DNA of 64,000 nucleotides from assembly GCA_964229335.1 (NCBI GenBank), contig CAXRCZ010000001.1, positions 742 to 64,741 of the forward strand, read 5' to 3'. The translations under genes and the position numbers were made by a program. Positions 51,458-61,315 of this stretch are shown in pieces (within the stretch, counting starts at the first letter, position 1; the number at the start of each line of letters is the position of its first letter). Under the pieces are notes generated by a model that saw nothing but the letters and a program-made list of their open reading frames with translations, was not told the origin of the DNA and made no database searches. Origin of the DNA: Minisyncoccia bacterium (lineage in GTDB: Bacteria > Patescibacteriota > Minisyncoccia > Phycocordibacterales > UBA918).

Positions 51458-52975
51458 TTACATCGGCACACGGTATTGCAGTGCTTCCATTACATGAGAC
51501 ACTTCTATCTCTTCACTCTCTTCCAGATCTGCTACAGTGCGAGCCACTTTTATTAACCGATGATAGCTGCGGGGTGAGAGGTTGAGTTTTTCACTAGAGC
51601 TTTTGAGAACATCTTTGACCTCGTCAGATAGTGAAATGTAATTTTCGATTTGCCGCGCTGATAGTTCAGCATTGGTTGCAGCTTCTTTGTCAGAGGTCGA
51701 ATGTCTATCCAGTTGTCGGACTCGAGCGGCGGTGACTAATTTCCTCGCAGTGTCAGTCTCTCCTTTCTTGGCCGGTAGAGCGGTCAAAGTTTCGTAATCT
51801 ATATGTGGTACCTCCAACCATAAATCAATACGGTCGAGTATCGGTCCTGAGATTTTGTCCTTGTAAGTTTCTCGCATGGCACGCAGTAGGTTATCAGTAC
51901 CATCTTCCACGCCACGGTAGGGATTAAGCGCCGCTACTAAGATAAAGCTGGCCGGAAACTCAGCGCTACCCTGCACGCGAGAAATAGTCACCACCCGATC
52001 TTCTAATGGTTGGCGTAGTGCATCTAACGAACGGCGTTCAAATTCAGGAAATTCGTCCATGAACAATACACCATGATGCGCCAAGGTAATTTCACCTGGC
52101 TTCGGATTACTCCCACCGCCGACCAAGGCAGTGTGTGAGGAGGTGTGGTGTGGGCTGCGAAATGGCGGCCGAGTTGTAATGTCTATTTCACTTCCAGCCA
52201 ACGAGTGAATAGCAGTGACCGCCAGTGATTCTTGGCGCGACAGTGGCGGCAGAATACCGCGCAAGGCTCGAGCCAACATGGTTTTCCCGGTTCCAGGTGG
52301 TCCCACCAGCATAACGTTGTGACCACCAGCCGCCGCTATTAATAGTCCGCGCTTGGCACTTTCTTGGCCTTTGATATCTTCGAGCGTAATAGCACTTTCA
52401 TACCAACCATTTTCAATTTCTGTCAGTGGTTGGATGGACAGCTGGCTTTCTACGTCGGTAGTATTTAAATGATCAACCACTTCACGCAAGCTGCTAGCTG
52501 GACGAATTACGATATCACTTACCAAAGCAGCCTCCACCGCGTTGCTTGCTGGGACAATCACCTCATCAAAGCCAGCTTCCTTAGCGGCTAGTACGCAATT
52601 AAGTGCTCCTCGAACTGAGCGCACGGTTCCGTCTAGTCCTAGTTCACCAATGAGAGCGACTCTGTCTTGTCTCGGTGAGACTTCCCCCGCCGCTTCGAGG
52701 TAAGAGACGGCGATGGGTAAATCAAACAGCGGCCCATCTTTCTTAAGATCAGCTGGTGAGAGTGACACGGTAATCTTGTGATTTTGTGATTTGGGAGAAG
52801 TAAAGCCAGAGTGTTTAATAGCACTACTGACTCTATCTTTAGCTTCGTCAATTGCTTTGCCAGCTAGACCAACAACCGAAAATGCGTGCAGGCCACGGGT
52901 GATATCAGTCTCGATGGTTACTACTGTGCCGCTTAGTACATGGGGTTGGATGGTGTATGTGTGTGCGACAGCCAT
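51458..52975 (-). CDS. comM: YifB/ComM-family Mg-chelatase-like AAA+ protein
   Basis: The Lon-like N-terminal domain contains GLAGKAIDEAKDRV. MLVGPPGTGKTMLA and LFMDEFPEF are Walker motifs. The C-terminal SPRSYHRLIKVARTVADL is typical of the family. Confidence 0.85.
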   Translation of the reverse strand: MAVAHTYTIQPHVLSGTVVTIETDITRGLHAFSVVGLAGKAIDEAKDRVSSAIKHSGFTSPKSQNHKITVSLSPADLKKDGPLFDLPIAVSYLEAAGEVSPRQDRVALIGELGLDGTVRSVRGALNCVLAAKEAGFDEVIVPASNAVEAALVSDIVIRPASSLREVVDHLNTTDVESQLSIQPLTEIENGWYESAITLEDIKGQESAKRGLLIAAAGGHNVMLVGPPGTGKTMLARALRGILPPLSRQESLAVTAIHSLAGSEIDITTRPPFRSPHHTSSHTALVGGGSNPKPGEITLAHHGVLFMDEFPEFERRSLDALRQPLEDRVVTISRVQGSAEFPASFILVAALNPYRGVEDGTDNLLRAMRETYKDKISGPILDRIDLWLEVPHIDYETLTALPAKKGETDTARKLVTAARVRQLDRHSTSDKEAATNAELSARQIENYISLSDEVKDVLKSSSEKLNLSPRSYHRLIKVARTVADLEESEEIEVSHVMEALQYRVPM

Positions 52976-52985
52976 ACAACCAGGT

Positions 52986-53351
52986 TTAGAGAAGAGTTTT
53001 TTCTTCCTCGATATGCGCTTTGCAGGTTCGCGCAGCGGGGTTAATTTCTAAGCGTTCGTCTTCGATTGGTTCACCAGATATTTCACAAATACCCAATTTG
53101 TCATCGTCTTTACTTAGCGCATGCAGAACATTGTTGTACTGCGTTTCTAACTGCGCCATCATGGCTCTCCGTTCATTCCACTCCTCAGTGGTGTCAGCGT
53201 GTGCGTTTTGGTCGGCTACTTCGTCACCAACGTAATCGGGAGTCGCTATCCAGTCGCCAGTTTTGGGATTGTAAGTGGCAATGTCTTCTAGCTGCGCTTT
53301 TAAATCGCTTGCTTCGGCTTCAAGTTTTTCGCGTAATTGTTTTGTATCCAT
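52986..53351 (-). CDS. DksA/TraR (YteA-like) family protein with a degenerate zinc finger
   Basis: 121 aa with a coiled-coil N-terminal part. The C-terminal CEISGEPIEDERLEINPAARTCKAH resembles the C4 finger, but two Cys positions are replaced. Confidence 0.6.
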   Translation of the reverse strand: MDTKQLREKLEAEASDLKAQLEDIATYNPKTGDWIATPDYVGDEVADQNAHADTTEEWNERRAMMAQLETQYNNVLHALSKDDDKLGICEISGEPIEDERLEINPAARTCKAHIEEEKTLL

Positions 53352-53368
53352 ACTTGATTACTTACCTT

Positions 53369-55168
53369 TTAATCTGTTGCACTAATGATAGCAAATGTAG
53401 CAGTATCTCGCGCTATGACCACAATATCATCAGTAATAAATCCGTAGACAAGAATTTGTTTTCCGTCGTATAGCAATACTCGCACATCACGTCCGTCGAT
53501 TACTTCATCGACAAAACGACTTGGACCATTGATTGGTTTTAGTCTTAGAATGGCATCTACATCACTCGCCATGTACGTTTCCCATTCCAAGAGATGTCCT
53601 CTGACACTGAGTGGGTCGTCTACCTCCATGACTAGCGCATGCTCAAGCGAATCAAGTGCTAGCAAACGCAACGTATTGATTGAGCTCACAAAGGTCATAT
53701 CGATTGTAAGATCCATAGTAGCGACTAGTTGTTCCGGTGATAACACTGAACCGTCGATTTGTATGAAACGGACTTCAGTTGGTAGTACTGCATCACTAGC
53801 TCGCAATTCTTCAACACTTAGTAGAAATCCAGTTGGTGTCAGTGGTTCAACTGCCCAATCAATCACTTCGTTTACATTAGTGATAGGTAATACAATTTCA
53901 AATGCTTCATTTGAGGAGTCGGTTGGTGTAAGAATTGTCACAATCGCTCTGACACCAAAGGCAACTATCACTATCGTCAGTATCACTCCGACAGCTCCGA
54001 GCGCCAGCATGTTGGTGTTGAGGTCGTACTGCCGTAGCCATTCACGCCAACCACCCTGCTGAGATGGTGAAGAGTTAATAGCGGCATTCGGTTCTACTGC
54101 CGGAGCAGTTTGAATCACCGGCTCAGTTGCTACCTCAGTCTCTCTGTCTGGCACGGCTGGTTCTGGCGCCAAGGTTATTGTTGGCTCTGCTTCTGGTACA
54201 ACTTCATCTCTTGGCGATGGGACCTGCTCAACTTCTGGTGTCGAAGGTGTATCCACCTTTTCATCAAGCACCTCGTCAGGTACATCAAACTTCCATCCAT
54301 TGGTTGGTGTGATAACCACTGGTGGGGGTGCAATTGGTTTTTTCTTGGCCGGTGGTGGAGTTGATTGCGACTTGGTAGTTGTTTCAGGTTCATCCGTTTC
54401 TCCATCATCGAGTAAAGCATAGCCAGTATCAGTATTCGGCGTCCAGGTAATCTCTGGTGCTTCGGCTTCGTGATGATGTCGACGAAGAATTGCCTCTTTT
54501 AAAGAATCATTATCAGCCGTGAACATCGCACCACTTTGTGTGGTGGCAGTGCGGATAACTCCTTTCCGTCGATCCGCTGATGGTACTGCGTAGCGTCGCA
54601 CTGACGCTTGCTTGCGACGCTTTCTATCTTCCCACCAAGTTTTAATTGAGCTAGATATTTTACTCAACCATCCCCCACTAGTTCGTTTGGTGTCAGTAAT
54701 GATAGTGGTGTCGCCGCTGGCAAACGACCGTTGTTCTTGTCGCCGCTTATGGTCAGCTGTGTCTCTGTTTTTTCTAGGAGCAGCTTTCTCGACTACTGAT
54801 GGTTCTGTGCTGGGCAGTTTTGCATCAATTTCTTTTTGGAGATCTGACACGTGTTCCCCGCCAACCTGCTTCAAATCTTTTTGATACGAAGTCGAGAGCG
54901 GTGGTTTTTTGACTACCGAGGTGACAGGCTCTTTTTCTTCCTTTGTTTTATTTGAAATCTCTGGTGAGGGTTTCTCTTTAATTACCACCTCTTCAGCGGT
55001 AGTCTCTTCGGAGACAGGCGACACCAATCGGTCATCATCCGTTTCTTCCCCACGTTCTTTTTTGACGTCATTGGCAAAGGTGCGAATGCGCGCTAACGCT
55101 TTGTCTTTAGGAAGACTCATTAGATTAAGTATCTCACAGGTTGAGTCAGAGACGCTTTGGTTTTTCAC
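53369..55168 (-). CDS. large single-pass membrane protein with a disordered charged N-terminal half, function unknown
   Basis: 599 aa. A Pro/Glu/Lys-rich region is followed by a TM segment (LALGAVGVILTIVIVAFGV) and a roughly 190-aa C-terminal domain. An alternative start is at 55120. Confidence 0.5.
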   Translation of the reverse strand: MKNQSVSDSTCEILNLMSLPKDKALARIRTFANDVKKERGEETDDDRLVSPVSEETTAEEVVIKEKPSPEISNKTKEEKEPVTSVVKKPPLSTSYQKDLKQVGGEHVSDLQKEIDAKLPSTEPSVVEKAAPRKNRDTADHKRRQEQRSFASGDTTIITDTKRTSGGWLSKISSSIKTWWEDRKRRKQASVRRYAVPSADRRKGVIRTATTQSGAMFTADNDSLKEAILRRHHHEAEAPEITWTPNTDTGYALLDDGETDEPETTTKSQSTPPPAKKKPIAPPPVVITPTNGWKFDVPDEVLDEKVDTPSTPEVEQVPSPRDEVVPEAEPTITLAPEPAVPDRETEVATEPVIQTAPAVEPNAAINSSPSQQGGWREWLRQYDLNTNMLALGAVGVILTIVIVAFGVRAIVTILTPTDSSNEAFEIVLPITNVNEVIDWAVEPLTPTGFLLSVEELRASDAVLPTEVRFIQIDGSVLSPEQLVATMDLTIDMTFVSSINTLRLLALDSLEHALVMEVDDPLSVRGHLLEWETYMASDVDAILRLKPINGPSRFVDEVIDGRDVRVLLYDGKQILVYGFITDDIVVIARDTATFAIISATD

Positions 55169-55211
55169 GCACTACAAGACACTCAACAAGAGGTTTATAT
55201 ATATAAGTATT

Positions 55212-55787
55212 CTACAAGTCGTCAGTATCAGTGCCAACAACTTTCTTCGGCGTCTTACTACCGCGGCGTTTGCGAGCGGGTTTGTAACCGATTAAGAATT
55301 CAGACGGACGCTCATCGATGTCAATAAAGTCATCCACCACTTCACGCAGACGTCCTGAAGCAGAACGGCCAAAGGTGATAGCTTCGACTTGGCATCCCTG
55401 ACTTTTTACATACTCAACAAGTGGAATGAAGTCACCATCACCTGAAGCGAGGATAATAGCGTCGACTTTGTGCGACAGTTTGATAGCGTCAATGGCTAGT
55501 CCTACATCCCAGTCGGCTTTCTTAGCACCACCATAAAATATTTGTAAGTCTTTTGTCTTAATTTCGATTCCCAACTTTTCAAGTGCCTCGAAAAAAGCCG
55601 TCTCTTCACCACTCTCGGTATTTACCACATATGAAAGAGCTCGAATTAATTTTCTTTCACCTACCGTCTCTTTAACAATTGCTCCAAAGTTTACTTTTGA
55701 TTTATATAAATTCTTGGCGCTGTGGTAGAGGTTTTGTGTGTCTATTAAAATTGCTACCCGTTGTTCTGGGTGTCTAATGATTCCCAT
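55212..55787 (-). CDS. NYN/LabA-like domain protein (predicted RNase fold)
   Basis: VAILIDTQNLYHSAKNLY and ILASGDGDFIPLV carry the conserved Asp residues of the NYN/PIN-like fold. Confidence 0.7.
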   Translation of the reverse strand: MGIIRHPEQRVAILIDTQNLYHSAKNLYKSKVNFGAIVKETVGERKLIRALSYVVNTESGEETAFFEALEKLGIEIKTKDLQIFYGGAKKADWDVGLAIDAIKLSHKVDAIILASGDGDFIPLVEYVKSQGCQVEAITFGRSASGRLREVVDDFIDIDERPSEFLIGYKPARKRRGSKTPKKVVGTDTDDL

Positions 55788-55838
55788 AAATATAGTTAAA
55801 AATTACTCTAATATTAAAATCCCTTCTCACTATACCGC

Positions 55839-55875
55839 AAAAAAAATAATTGCTCCAAGAGTGGAGCAATTATTT
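55839..55875 (-). terminator. intrinsic terminator of rpsO
   Basis: The minus strand reads AATAATTGCTCCA-CTCT-TGGAGCAATTATT followed by a T-run. Confidence 0.75.
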
Positions 55876-56140
55876 ACCGTTTCAGACCAAGTTTCTTGAT
55901 GAGCGCTTCGTACGCTTTGGCATCATTTTGTTGCAAGTACTTGAGGTGCTTGCGTCGGTCTGCCACCATCTGAAGTAGACCACGACGAGAGTGAAAATCT
56001 TTCTTGTGCTTGCGCAAGTGAGTCGAAAGTTCTTCAATCTGTCGAGTTAGCAACGCCACTTGGGCTTCTGGCGAACCAGTGTCACCATCGTGTCGTTGGG
56101 TTTTCTTCAAGGTATTCTCCTTAACTCTTTTTGATAGCAT
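55874..56140 (-). CDS. rpsO: 30S ribosomal protein S15
   Basis: [51 protein letters not shown] is the canonical S15 pattern. The start is trimmed to the internal ATG. Confidence 0.9.
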   Translation of the reverse strand: MLSKRVKENTLKKTQRHDGDTGSPEAQVALLTRQIEELSTHLRKHKKDFHSRRGLLQMVADRRKHLKYLQQNDAKAYEALIKKLGLKR

Positions 56141-56412
56141 AACTAGGTATAAATATGACGTGAGTAATTGTAGATGTGTTGCCGTAGCAACCAATCATCA
56201 CGTCTTGTGATAACCTGCGAAGGTGTTAGAACTATAGCATATATTCAGAAATAAAGCAAGACTATGCTACTACCCTCAACATCGTTTTTCCATTGATAAT
56301 TATTAGGGCAGTTATTTGGTCGAGGTAGCTGAAATAGCTACAGCCAGTGTAGCTACGCTCTTCGGAACTATGCGTGAAACCCTTTTCGTGCACTATTGGT
56401 ATACTTATATCT

Positions 56413-57327
56413 ATGAGCGACCTCATAGAAATGAAACGTCAGTTCTTGGAATATCTGGAAATCGAACGGGGTAGAAGCGTGAAGACAATCGAGAATTACG
56501 ACCGCTATCTCGATCGCTTTTTTGACTTTGTAAAGGTAAAAAAGACCAGTGACCTCACTGAGGAACAGGTTCGAGAGTTTCGCCTTTACCTGAATCGGCA
56601 ACCTGGCACAAAGGTGGGTGGTCGGGTTGAGCCCATGAAACGCCGCACTCAGAACTATTACCTGATAGCAGTGAGGGCGTTTCTCAAATTTTTGCGTAAG
56701 CGTGGCATCAAAGCCTTGTCGCCAGAACGGATTGAACTCGCCAAGGTGCCAGAACGCTCCCTTGACCTTATCTCTTCTTCTGAGTTAAAACGCCTCCGTG
56801 CTGCCCCAGACCAAAAAACCATCGAAGGTAAACGAGACTACGCTATTTTAGAACTACTATTTTCAACCGGGCTGCGCATCTCAGAATTATGCGCCCTCTC
56901 TATCGATGATGTTGACCTCACGCGAGATGAATTTTCGGTCCGCGGGAAAGGCGATAAGGTGCGAGTGGTATTTCTGTCTGACTCAGCTCGTCATGCGGTG
57001 CAAGATTACTTAAAAGAGCGCAAAGACATGGACGATGCACTGTTCGTGCGCTACGGACACAAAGCCAACGATGGAAAAGATTTGCGACTGTCGGCTCGCA
57101 GCGTGCAACGCCTCCTCAAAAAATATGCCGCCATGGCTGGTATCACTCGCAAGGTTACGCCGCACGTCATTCGTCACAGCTTTGCGACCGACTTATTACA
57201 AAACGGTGCTGACCTACGCTCGGTTCAAGCTCTTCTTGGTCACGCTAATATTGGCACCACTCAAGTGTATACCCACGTCACTGACAAGCATTTGCGTGAA
57301 GTGCATAAAAAGTATCACGGAAAGTAG
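56413..57327 (+). CDS. XerC/XerD-type tyrosine recombinase
   Basis: FLEYLEIERGRSVKTIENY forms the N-terminal SAM-like domain. GLRISEL, HVIRHSFAT and LLGHANIGTTQVYTHV carry the R..HxxR..H..Y catalytic residues. Confidence 0.85.
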   Translation: MSDLIEMKRQFLEYLEIERGRSVKTIENYDRYLDRFFDFVKVKKTSDLTEEQVREFRLYLNRQPGTKVGGRVEPMKRRTQNYYLIAVRAFLKFLRKRGIKALSPERIELAKVPERSLDLISSSELKRLRAAPDQKTIEGKRDYAILELLFSTGLRISELCALSIDDVDLTRDEFSVRGKGDKVRVVFLSDSARHAVQDYLKERKDMDDALFVRYGHKANDGKDLRLSARSVQRLLKKYAAMAGITRKVTPHVIRHSFATDLLQNGADLRSVQALLGHANIGTTQVYTHVTDKHLREVHKKYHGK

Positions 57328-57346
57328 ATGTAAATTTGTAACTGCG

Positions 57347-59773
57347 CTACAACACGTCATCGATAAAATCTTCTGGCCCGAGTGAAATAGTATCTCCTGG
57401 TTCTACTTCACCACGCAGGATTTTTTGGGCGACAGCTTCTTCGACTATATCTTGTAATACCCGCTGCATCTCTCGGGCACCAAATTCTGGACTGTATCCT
57501 TTTTCTACCAATAACTGCATGAGTTCAGTTGATACTTCTAGTTGGTAACCTTGGTCTTTGACTCGTTCATACAATTCTTTGAGCATGAGGTTTGCTACGG
57601 CACCTTGCTCTTCTGTGTTAAGTGGTTCGAATACAATCGTGCTGTCAAATCGGTTCAGTAATTCAGGACGAAAAATGTTTGTCTCAATGAGGTGGTCAAT
57701 AATTTGTTGATCTAGATGAGGTAATTCTTTTCTTTGGGTAACAGTTTTTCGGATGAGATCACTACCGGCATTTGAGGTGGCAATGATGATGGTGTTGCGA
57801 GCGTTCACTTTGTTGCCGCGACCATCAGTAAATATTCCCTCATCAAGAATTTGTAAAAATAAATCATGTACGCTACGACTCGCTTTTTCAAATTCATCTA
57901 ACAGAACTACACAGTACGGATGTTTGCGCAGACAATCAGCTAGCTCACCACCAGACTCATCAGTGCCTATGAGGCGAACCAGTCCATGTTCGTTACTATA
58001 TTCCGACATGTCGAATCGCTCTAACTTATCAACGCTACCAAAAAATACTTGCGCCAATGCTTTGGCCGTCTCTGTTTTACCGACACCGGTCGGGCCAAGG
58101 AACAAAAATGACCCGATAGGTTTATCGCTCGCCTGAACACCAGCTCGCGCTCGACGCATAGTGCGAGCTACAGCTTTAATAGCGGCATTTTGACCAATTA
58201 CTTTTTTATGCAAAATGTCTTCTAGGTTCAGTAGCCTATCTCGCTCCTCGTTACTGACTGGTCCAGCTGGAATAGCGGTTTTATCACTCACCACTTGATA
58301 GACAAAATCATCTGTTATTACCACCTGTTTGGTCTGCGTTGCTTTACTAGCTACTTCAACCATAAGGTCAACTGCTTTATCAGGCATTACTCCCTCTACT
58401 ATGTATCGATCAGCTGCTGAAGCAATTGCCACGAGTGCTGGATAAGTGAACATCACTTCTTGTTTGGCTTCGGTGGTTAAGGCAATCGGTTCTAGTAATT
58501 GCACAGTGGCCTCGACTCCAGGACTATCGATCAGTACTTCGCTAAATCTTCTAGTGAGACCAGTCTTTGCTTCTAGGTACTGATGATAATTGTCTGGATT
58601 TTCGGTAGCGATAATATGTAACGCTGAAGTGGCAAAAAATTCGTCTAACAATTCAGGAATAAACACCCCAAGTTGTTCGGCTTCGCGCAAGAAAGAGCTG
58701 AGGTTTTCTATCACCACAATCATATCCCCAGCGTTAGCTGCTTCAGCAAAGAGTCGCAAGAGAGTTTGTTCCAATTCAGGTTTGCTGGTATGAGTGGCAA
58801 ATATCCTCGTTGTATCTAGTACTCGAATATGTTGCGTGAGTAGCGAAGTGGCGGCGGTGCCATTTTTGATTCGGTCATCTAACTCCATTACCAAATCAAT
58901 TTTTCCCACACCAGCTTCACCGACAATTAGTACGTTAGCATTTTTACTGCGCTGCAAAGTACTTTCAATTTCCCGCACCTTATTATCAGCAAACGTCGGG
59001 TGAGCGTGCAAAGTAGAAAACACAGCTGTCGTACGAATATCTCGTGAGTATCGCTCGAGTAAGTAGGCTGTACCATATGACCACTCTCGACCAAGCCCTT
59101 GGTGCGTAGTGAGATTATCTCTCTTCCACCAACACTCTCGAATTTTTTCTCGATGATGTGTATTGATTACCCAGCGCAGCGCACCCATAAACACATTTTC
59201 TCTAATTCCTGCTTGCGAAAACAATGCCGCGAAGTCTGAATCGTTGGCCAGCAAATATGCACCAAGTCCAATCAGGCTCATGGCCTCGCCTTCTTGGAGT
59301 ATGACTTGTTCAGCAGTAATAAACCGTCGCGGATTAATGAGGAACTCTTGAATTGTTCGTGCTTCGAGTCCGGTCCGTAAGAGAGCACTCGTACCGAGCC
59401 ATGACTCACAAAAGGCACGCGTAACATCGTCAGGGTGCGTAAGAATAGCGGATGCTAAATCGTACGTCACCTGGTAGTTCTTGCTCGAAGTTTGGCGTGA
59501 TTTTACCCCCAGATTTTTATAGTAATAACTATTGTGGTAACTGTATGTCAGCAACTGATCAATCCATAACGCTCCACTTAGTATCGCTATCCCCCACCAG
59601 AGATACGGTGAAACAGAACTTACAAATATTGGTCCAACTAAAGCAAAGCATACGCCAACCACAAAAAGCAGAAAGAATGTGCCACGCAGCAAGCTTTGCA
59701 TTTTTCGTGGCAGGATGCGGCCGAGCATGACTGCGGGCTTAAATTTATTTACTTCAGTAGCGAGTGTGTACAT
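57347..59773 (-). CDS. membrane-anchored Clp/Hsp100-family AAA+ ATPase with a degenerate first nucleotide-binding domain
   Basis: 808 aa with N-terminal TM helices (FFLLFVVGVCFALVGPIFV and WWGIAILSGALWI). In D1, Walker A is GEAGVGKI (Ile where Thr is expected) and Walker B is VVIENL (not hhhhDE). D2 is canonical, with LGPTGVGKTETAKA and VVLLDEFEKA. I found no IGF/IGL ClpP-docking tripeptide and no long M-domain. Confidence 0.75.
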   Translation of the reverse strand: MYTLATEVNKFKPAVMLGRILPRKMQSLLRGTFFLLFVVGVCFALVGPIFVSSVSPYLWWGIAILSGALWIDQLLTYSYHNSYYYKNLGVKSRQTSSKNYQVTYDLASAILTHPDDVTRAFCESWLGTSALLRTGLEARTIQEFLINPRRFITAEQVILQEGEAMSLIGLGAYLLANDSDFAALFSQAGIRENVFMGALRWVINTHHREKIRECWWKRDNLTTHQGLGREWSYGTAYLLERYSRDIRTTAVFSTLHAHPTFADNKVREIESTLQRSKNANVLIVGEAGVGKIDLVMELDDRIKNGTAATSLLTQHIRVLDTTRIFATHTSKPELEQTLLRLFAEAANAGDMIVVIENLSSFLREAEQLGVFIPELLDEFFATSALHIIATENPDNYHQYLEAKTGLTRRFSEVLIDSPGVEATVQLLEPIALTTEAKQEVMFTYPALVAIASAADRYIVEGVMPDKAVDLMVEVASKATQTKQVVITDDFVYQVVSDKTAIPAGPVSNEERDRLLNLEDILHKKVIGQNAAIKAVARTMRRARAGVQASDKPIGSFLFLGPTGVGKTETAKALAQVFFGSVDKLERFDMSEYSNEHGLVRLIGTDESGGELADCLRKHPYCVVLLDEFEKASRSVHDLFLQILDEGIFTDGRGNKVNARNTIIIATSNAGSDLIRKTVTQRKELPHLDQQIIDHLIETNIFRPELLNRFDSTIVFEPLNTEEQGAVANLMLKELYERVKDQGYQLEVSTELMQLLVEKGYSPEFGAREMQRVLQDIVEEAVAQKILRGEVEPGDTISLGPEDFIDDVL

Positions 59774-59776
59774 ATA

Positions 59777-60166
59777 TTATATAAACAACAAAGTTACTCC
59801 TCCGAATACACCAACCAGGACTATCACTGGTAAAACTACCCACAGCAAAAAAATCATTCCTCCCACCAGTGCAGTGAGTAACCAGCACAGTAATCCAACT
59901 GTGATGAGTACACTTCTAAGTAATGCACCAATCAGGCGAGAAATAATATTGACCAAAAATACGCCCAACCAATCTTCAATATCAAAACCCCTCTTTCGCC
60001 GTTCTTGAATTCTCTTGAATGGAGCAAAAAAAGTACGAGTCAGTTGTGGCAGTGAGAAAAAATGCGTCACAAACCATAAGAAATTTTTCCAAAGACCGAA
60101 AAGTTCTTTGAAAGCTCGGCTATAATGCCAAACAAAATAATCATGAAAGATGGCCAGTAACAACAT
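59777..60166 (-). CDS. small polytopic membrane protein, probably co-transcribed with the Clp-like ATPase
   Basis: 129 aa. Its stop lies 3 nt upstream of the Clp-like start. No motif is recognised. Confidence 0.5.
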   Translation of the reverse strand: MLLLAIFHDYFVWHYSRAFKELFGLWKNFLWFVTHFFSLPQLTRTFFAPFKRIQERRKRGFDIEDWLGVFLVNIISRLIGALLRSVLITVGLLCWLLTALVGGMIFLLWVVLPVIVLVGVFGGVTLLFI

Positions 60167-60208
60167 TATTAAAAGTATAGCAAGAAAGCCTTAGGTGGCG
60201 ACGATTCT

Positions 60209-60853
60209 CTACACTTCTTGGGCTTGGTTCTCCTCCAAGATTAGCCACTTGGTACCAGCGGCGGTAAGTTCTCGTTCAAAATGCGGATAGACTACCCCTC
60301 GGCCAGCCTTGTTTAGTACTGCATCGTGCACTGGAAAAGCTTTTTGTGGCGCAATCTTTAACACGTAGTGTAGTGCGTCGGTAACTTTGCACCAAGGTCC
60401 GGCAACTGGCAGTGCCAAAACTGGCACCTCTCGGTTGGGATTTGTATATGAATCGCCTGGGTAAAATAGATGGTCGTCAATAAAGTAGCCAGTGTTTTGG
60501 ACTAGACCATATTCCTCAAAAATTTCTTCATGCGTACCGTCGTAGGCTTGTAATAAAATATCTTTGATTGTCTTGCTCTCAGTCCCTTCTAGTGTTTCAA
60601 ACGCAATACCCAGATTAGTTAGCAGGTTTCCGACAGACTGGTTGGTCACTACGGTTGCTTGGGGATTGTGGACCAATAGTTCTTTTAGTGATTCGCTGTG
60701 AAAATGGTCTTTGTGTTCGTGAGTGATAAGGACAAGATCAATATCAGTGAGACTCTGGTGAGTTTCGACGGTGAAGATCCCAGGGTCAGTTAGAATCCTT
60801 TTATTGTTAGTTTCGATTAACAGACAGCAATGTCCAAGTTTGGTGATGTTCAT
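60209..60853 (-). CDS. MBL-fold metallo-hydrolase
   Basis: LVLITHEHKDHF is the HxHxDH motif. The protein is 214 aa. Confidence 0.75.
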   Translation of the reverse strand: MNITKLGHCCLLIETNNKRILTDPGIFTVETHQSLTDIDLVLITHEHKDHFHSESLKELLVHNPQATVVTNQSVGNLLTNLGIAFETLEGTESKTIKDILLQAYDGTHEEIFEEYGLVQNTGYFIDDHLFYPGDSYTNPNREVPVLALPVAGPWCKVTDALHYVLKIAPQKAFPVHDAVLNKAGRGVVYPHFERELTAAGTKWLILEENQAQEV

Positions 60854-60910
60854 GGCTAGTGATGATTACCGATCAATTTTGGTAGATTAAAGTCGCAGCA
60901 GGATATACCC

Positions 60911-61306
60911 ATGGTATCATTTTTGTATATGAAATCTGCTATCAATCAAAACGTACCTCTCTATAGACGCCGCGTCTTTTGGGTAATAATTCTCACAATC
61001 CATTTTTTTAGCGCCGTTACATTTTTTTCCTCAGCAATCCTATTATTGGACGCACCAGAGAACTTACTCTCTAGCTTTCTGGCAATAACTGGCCAGATGA
61101 CCTATTACTACATAATATTTATCATTCTAGGCCATGGAAGCTTAACCGCTATACTGAGCACAATTCTGTATTCGTTTTCAACAGCCATACTTCTCTACTT
61201 ATCTTTTCGAAAAAAAGCGGTTTGTTTAATATATCCAACAGTATACTTGGTTTTGGCAACCATAAGTTGTTTCCTAACGTATCTACTACTGACGTCCTTC
61301 AGCTAA
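60911..61306 (+). CDS. polytopic membrane protein, function unknown
   Basis: 131-aa ORF with about four hydrophobic segments. Confidence 0.45.
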   Translation: MVSFLYMKSAINQNVPLYRRRVFWVIILTIHFFSAVTFFSSAILLLDAPENLLSSFLAITGQMTYYYIIFIILGHGSLTAILSTILYSFSTAILLYLSFRKKAVCLIYPTVYLVLATISCFLTYLLLTSFS

Positions 61307-61315
61307 TCAGTTTGC

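Noticed and set aside
54110-54420. ORFs on both strands inside the 599-aa gene (54110..54364 +, 54127..54312 +, 54175..54420 -).
   Set aside because: They fall in the Pro/Glu/Thr-rich low-complexity part of the 53369..55168 frame and are compositional shadows.
56300-56375. GTAGCTAC-containing repeats (GTAGCT-GAAAT-AGCTAC ... GTAGCTAC) upstream of the recombinase gene, considered as a dif-like site.
   Set aside because: There is no resemblance to the 28-bp dif architecture (two arms around a 6-8-bp spacer) that I can defend by eye. It may simply be a small hairpin.
56413-57327. The tyrosine recombinase considered as the integrase of a mobile element.
   Set aside because: It has the XerC/XerD-type domain layout and sits between rpsO and a Clp-like gene. 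I found no flanking direct repeats, tRNA target or cargo genes, so a chromosomal dimer-resolution role is the simpler reading.
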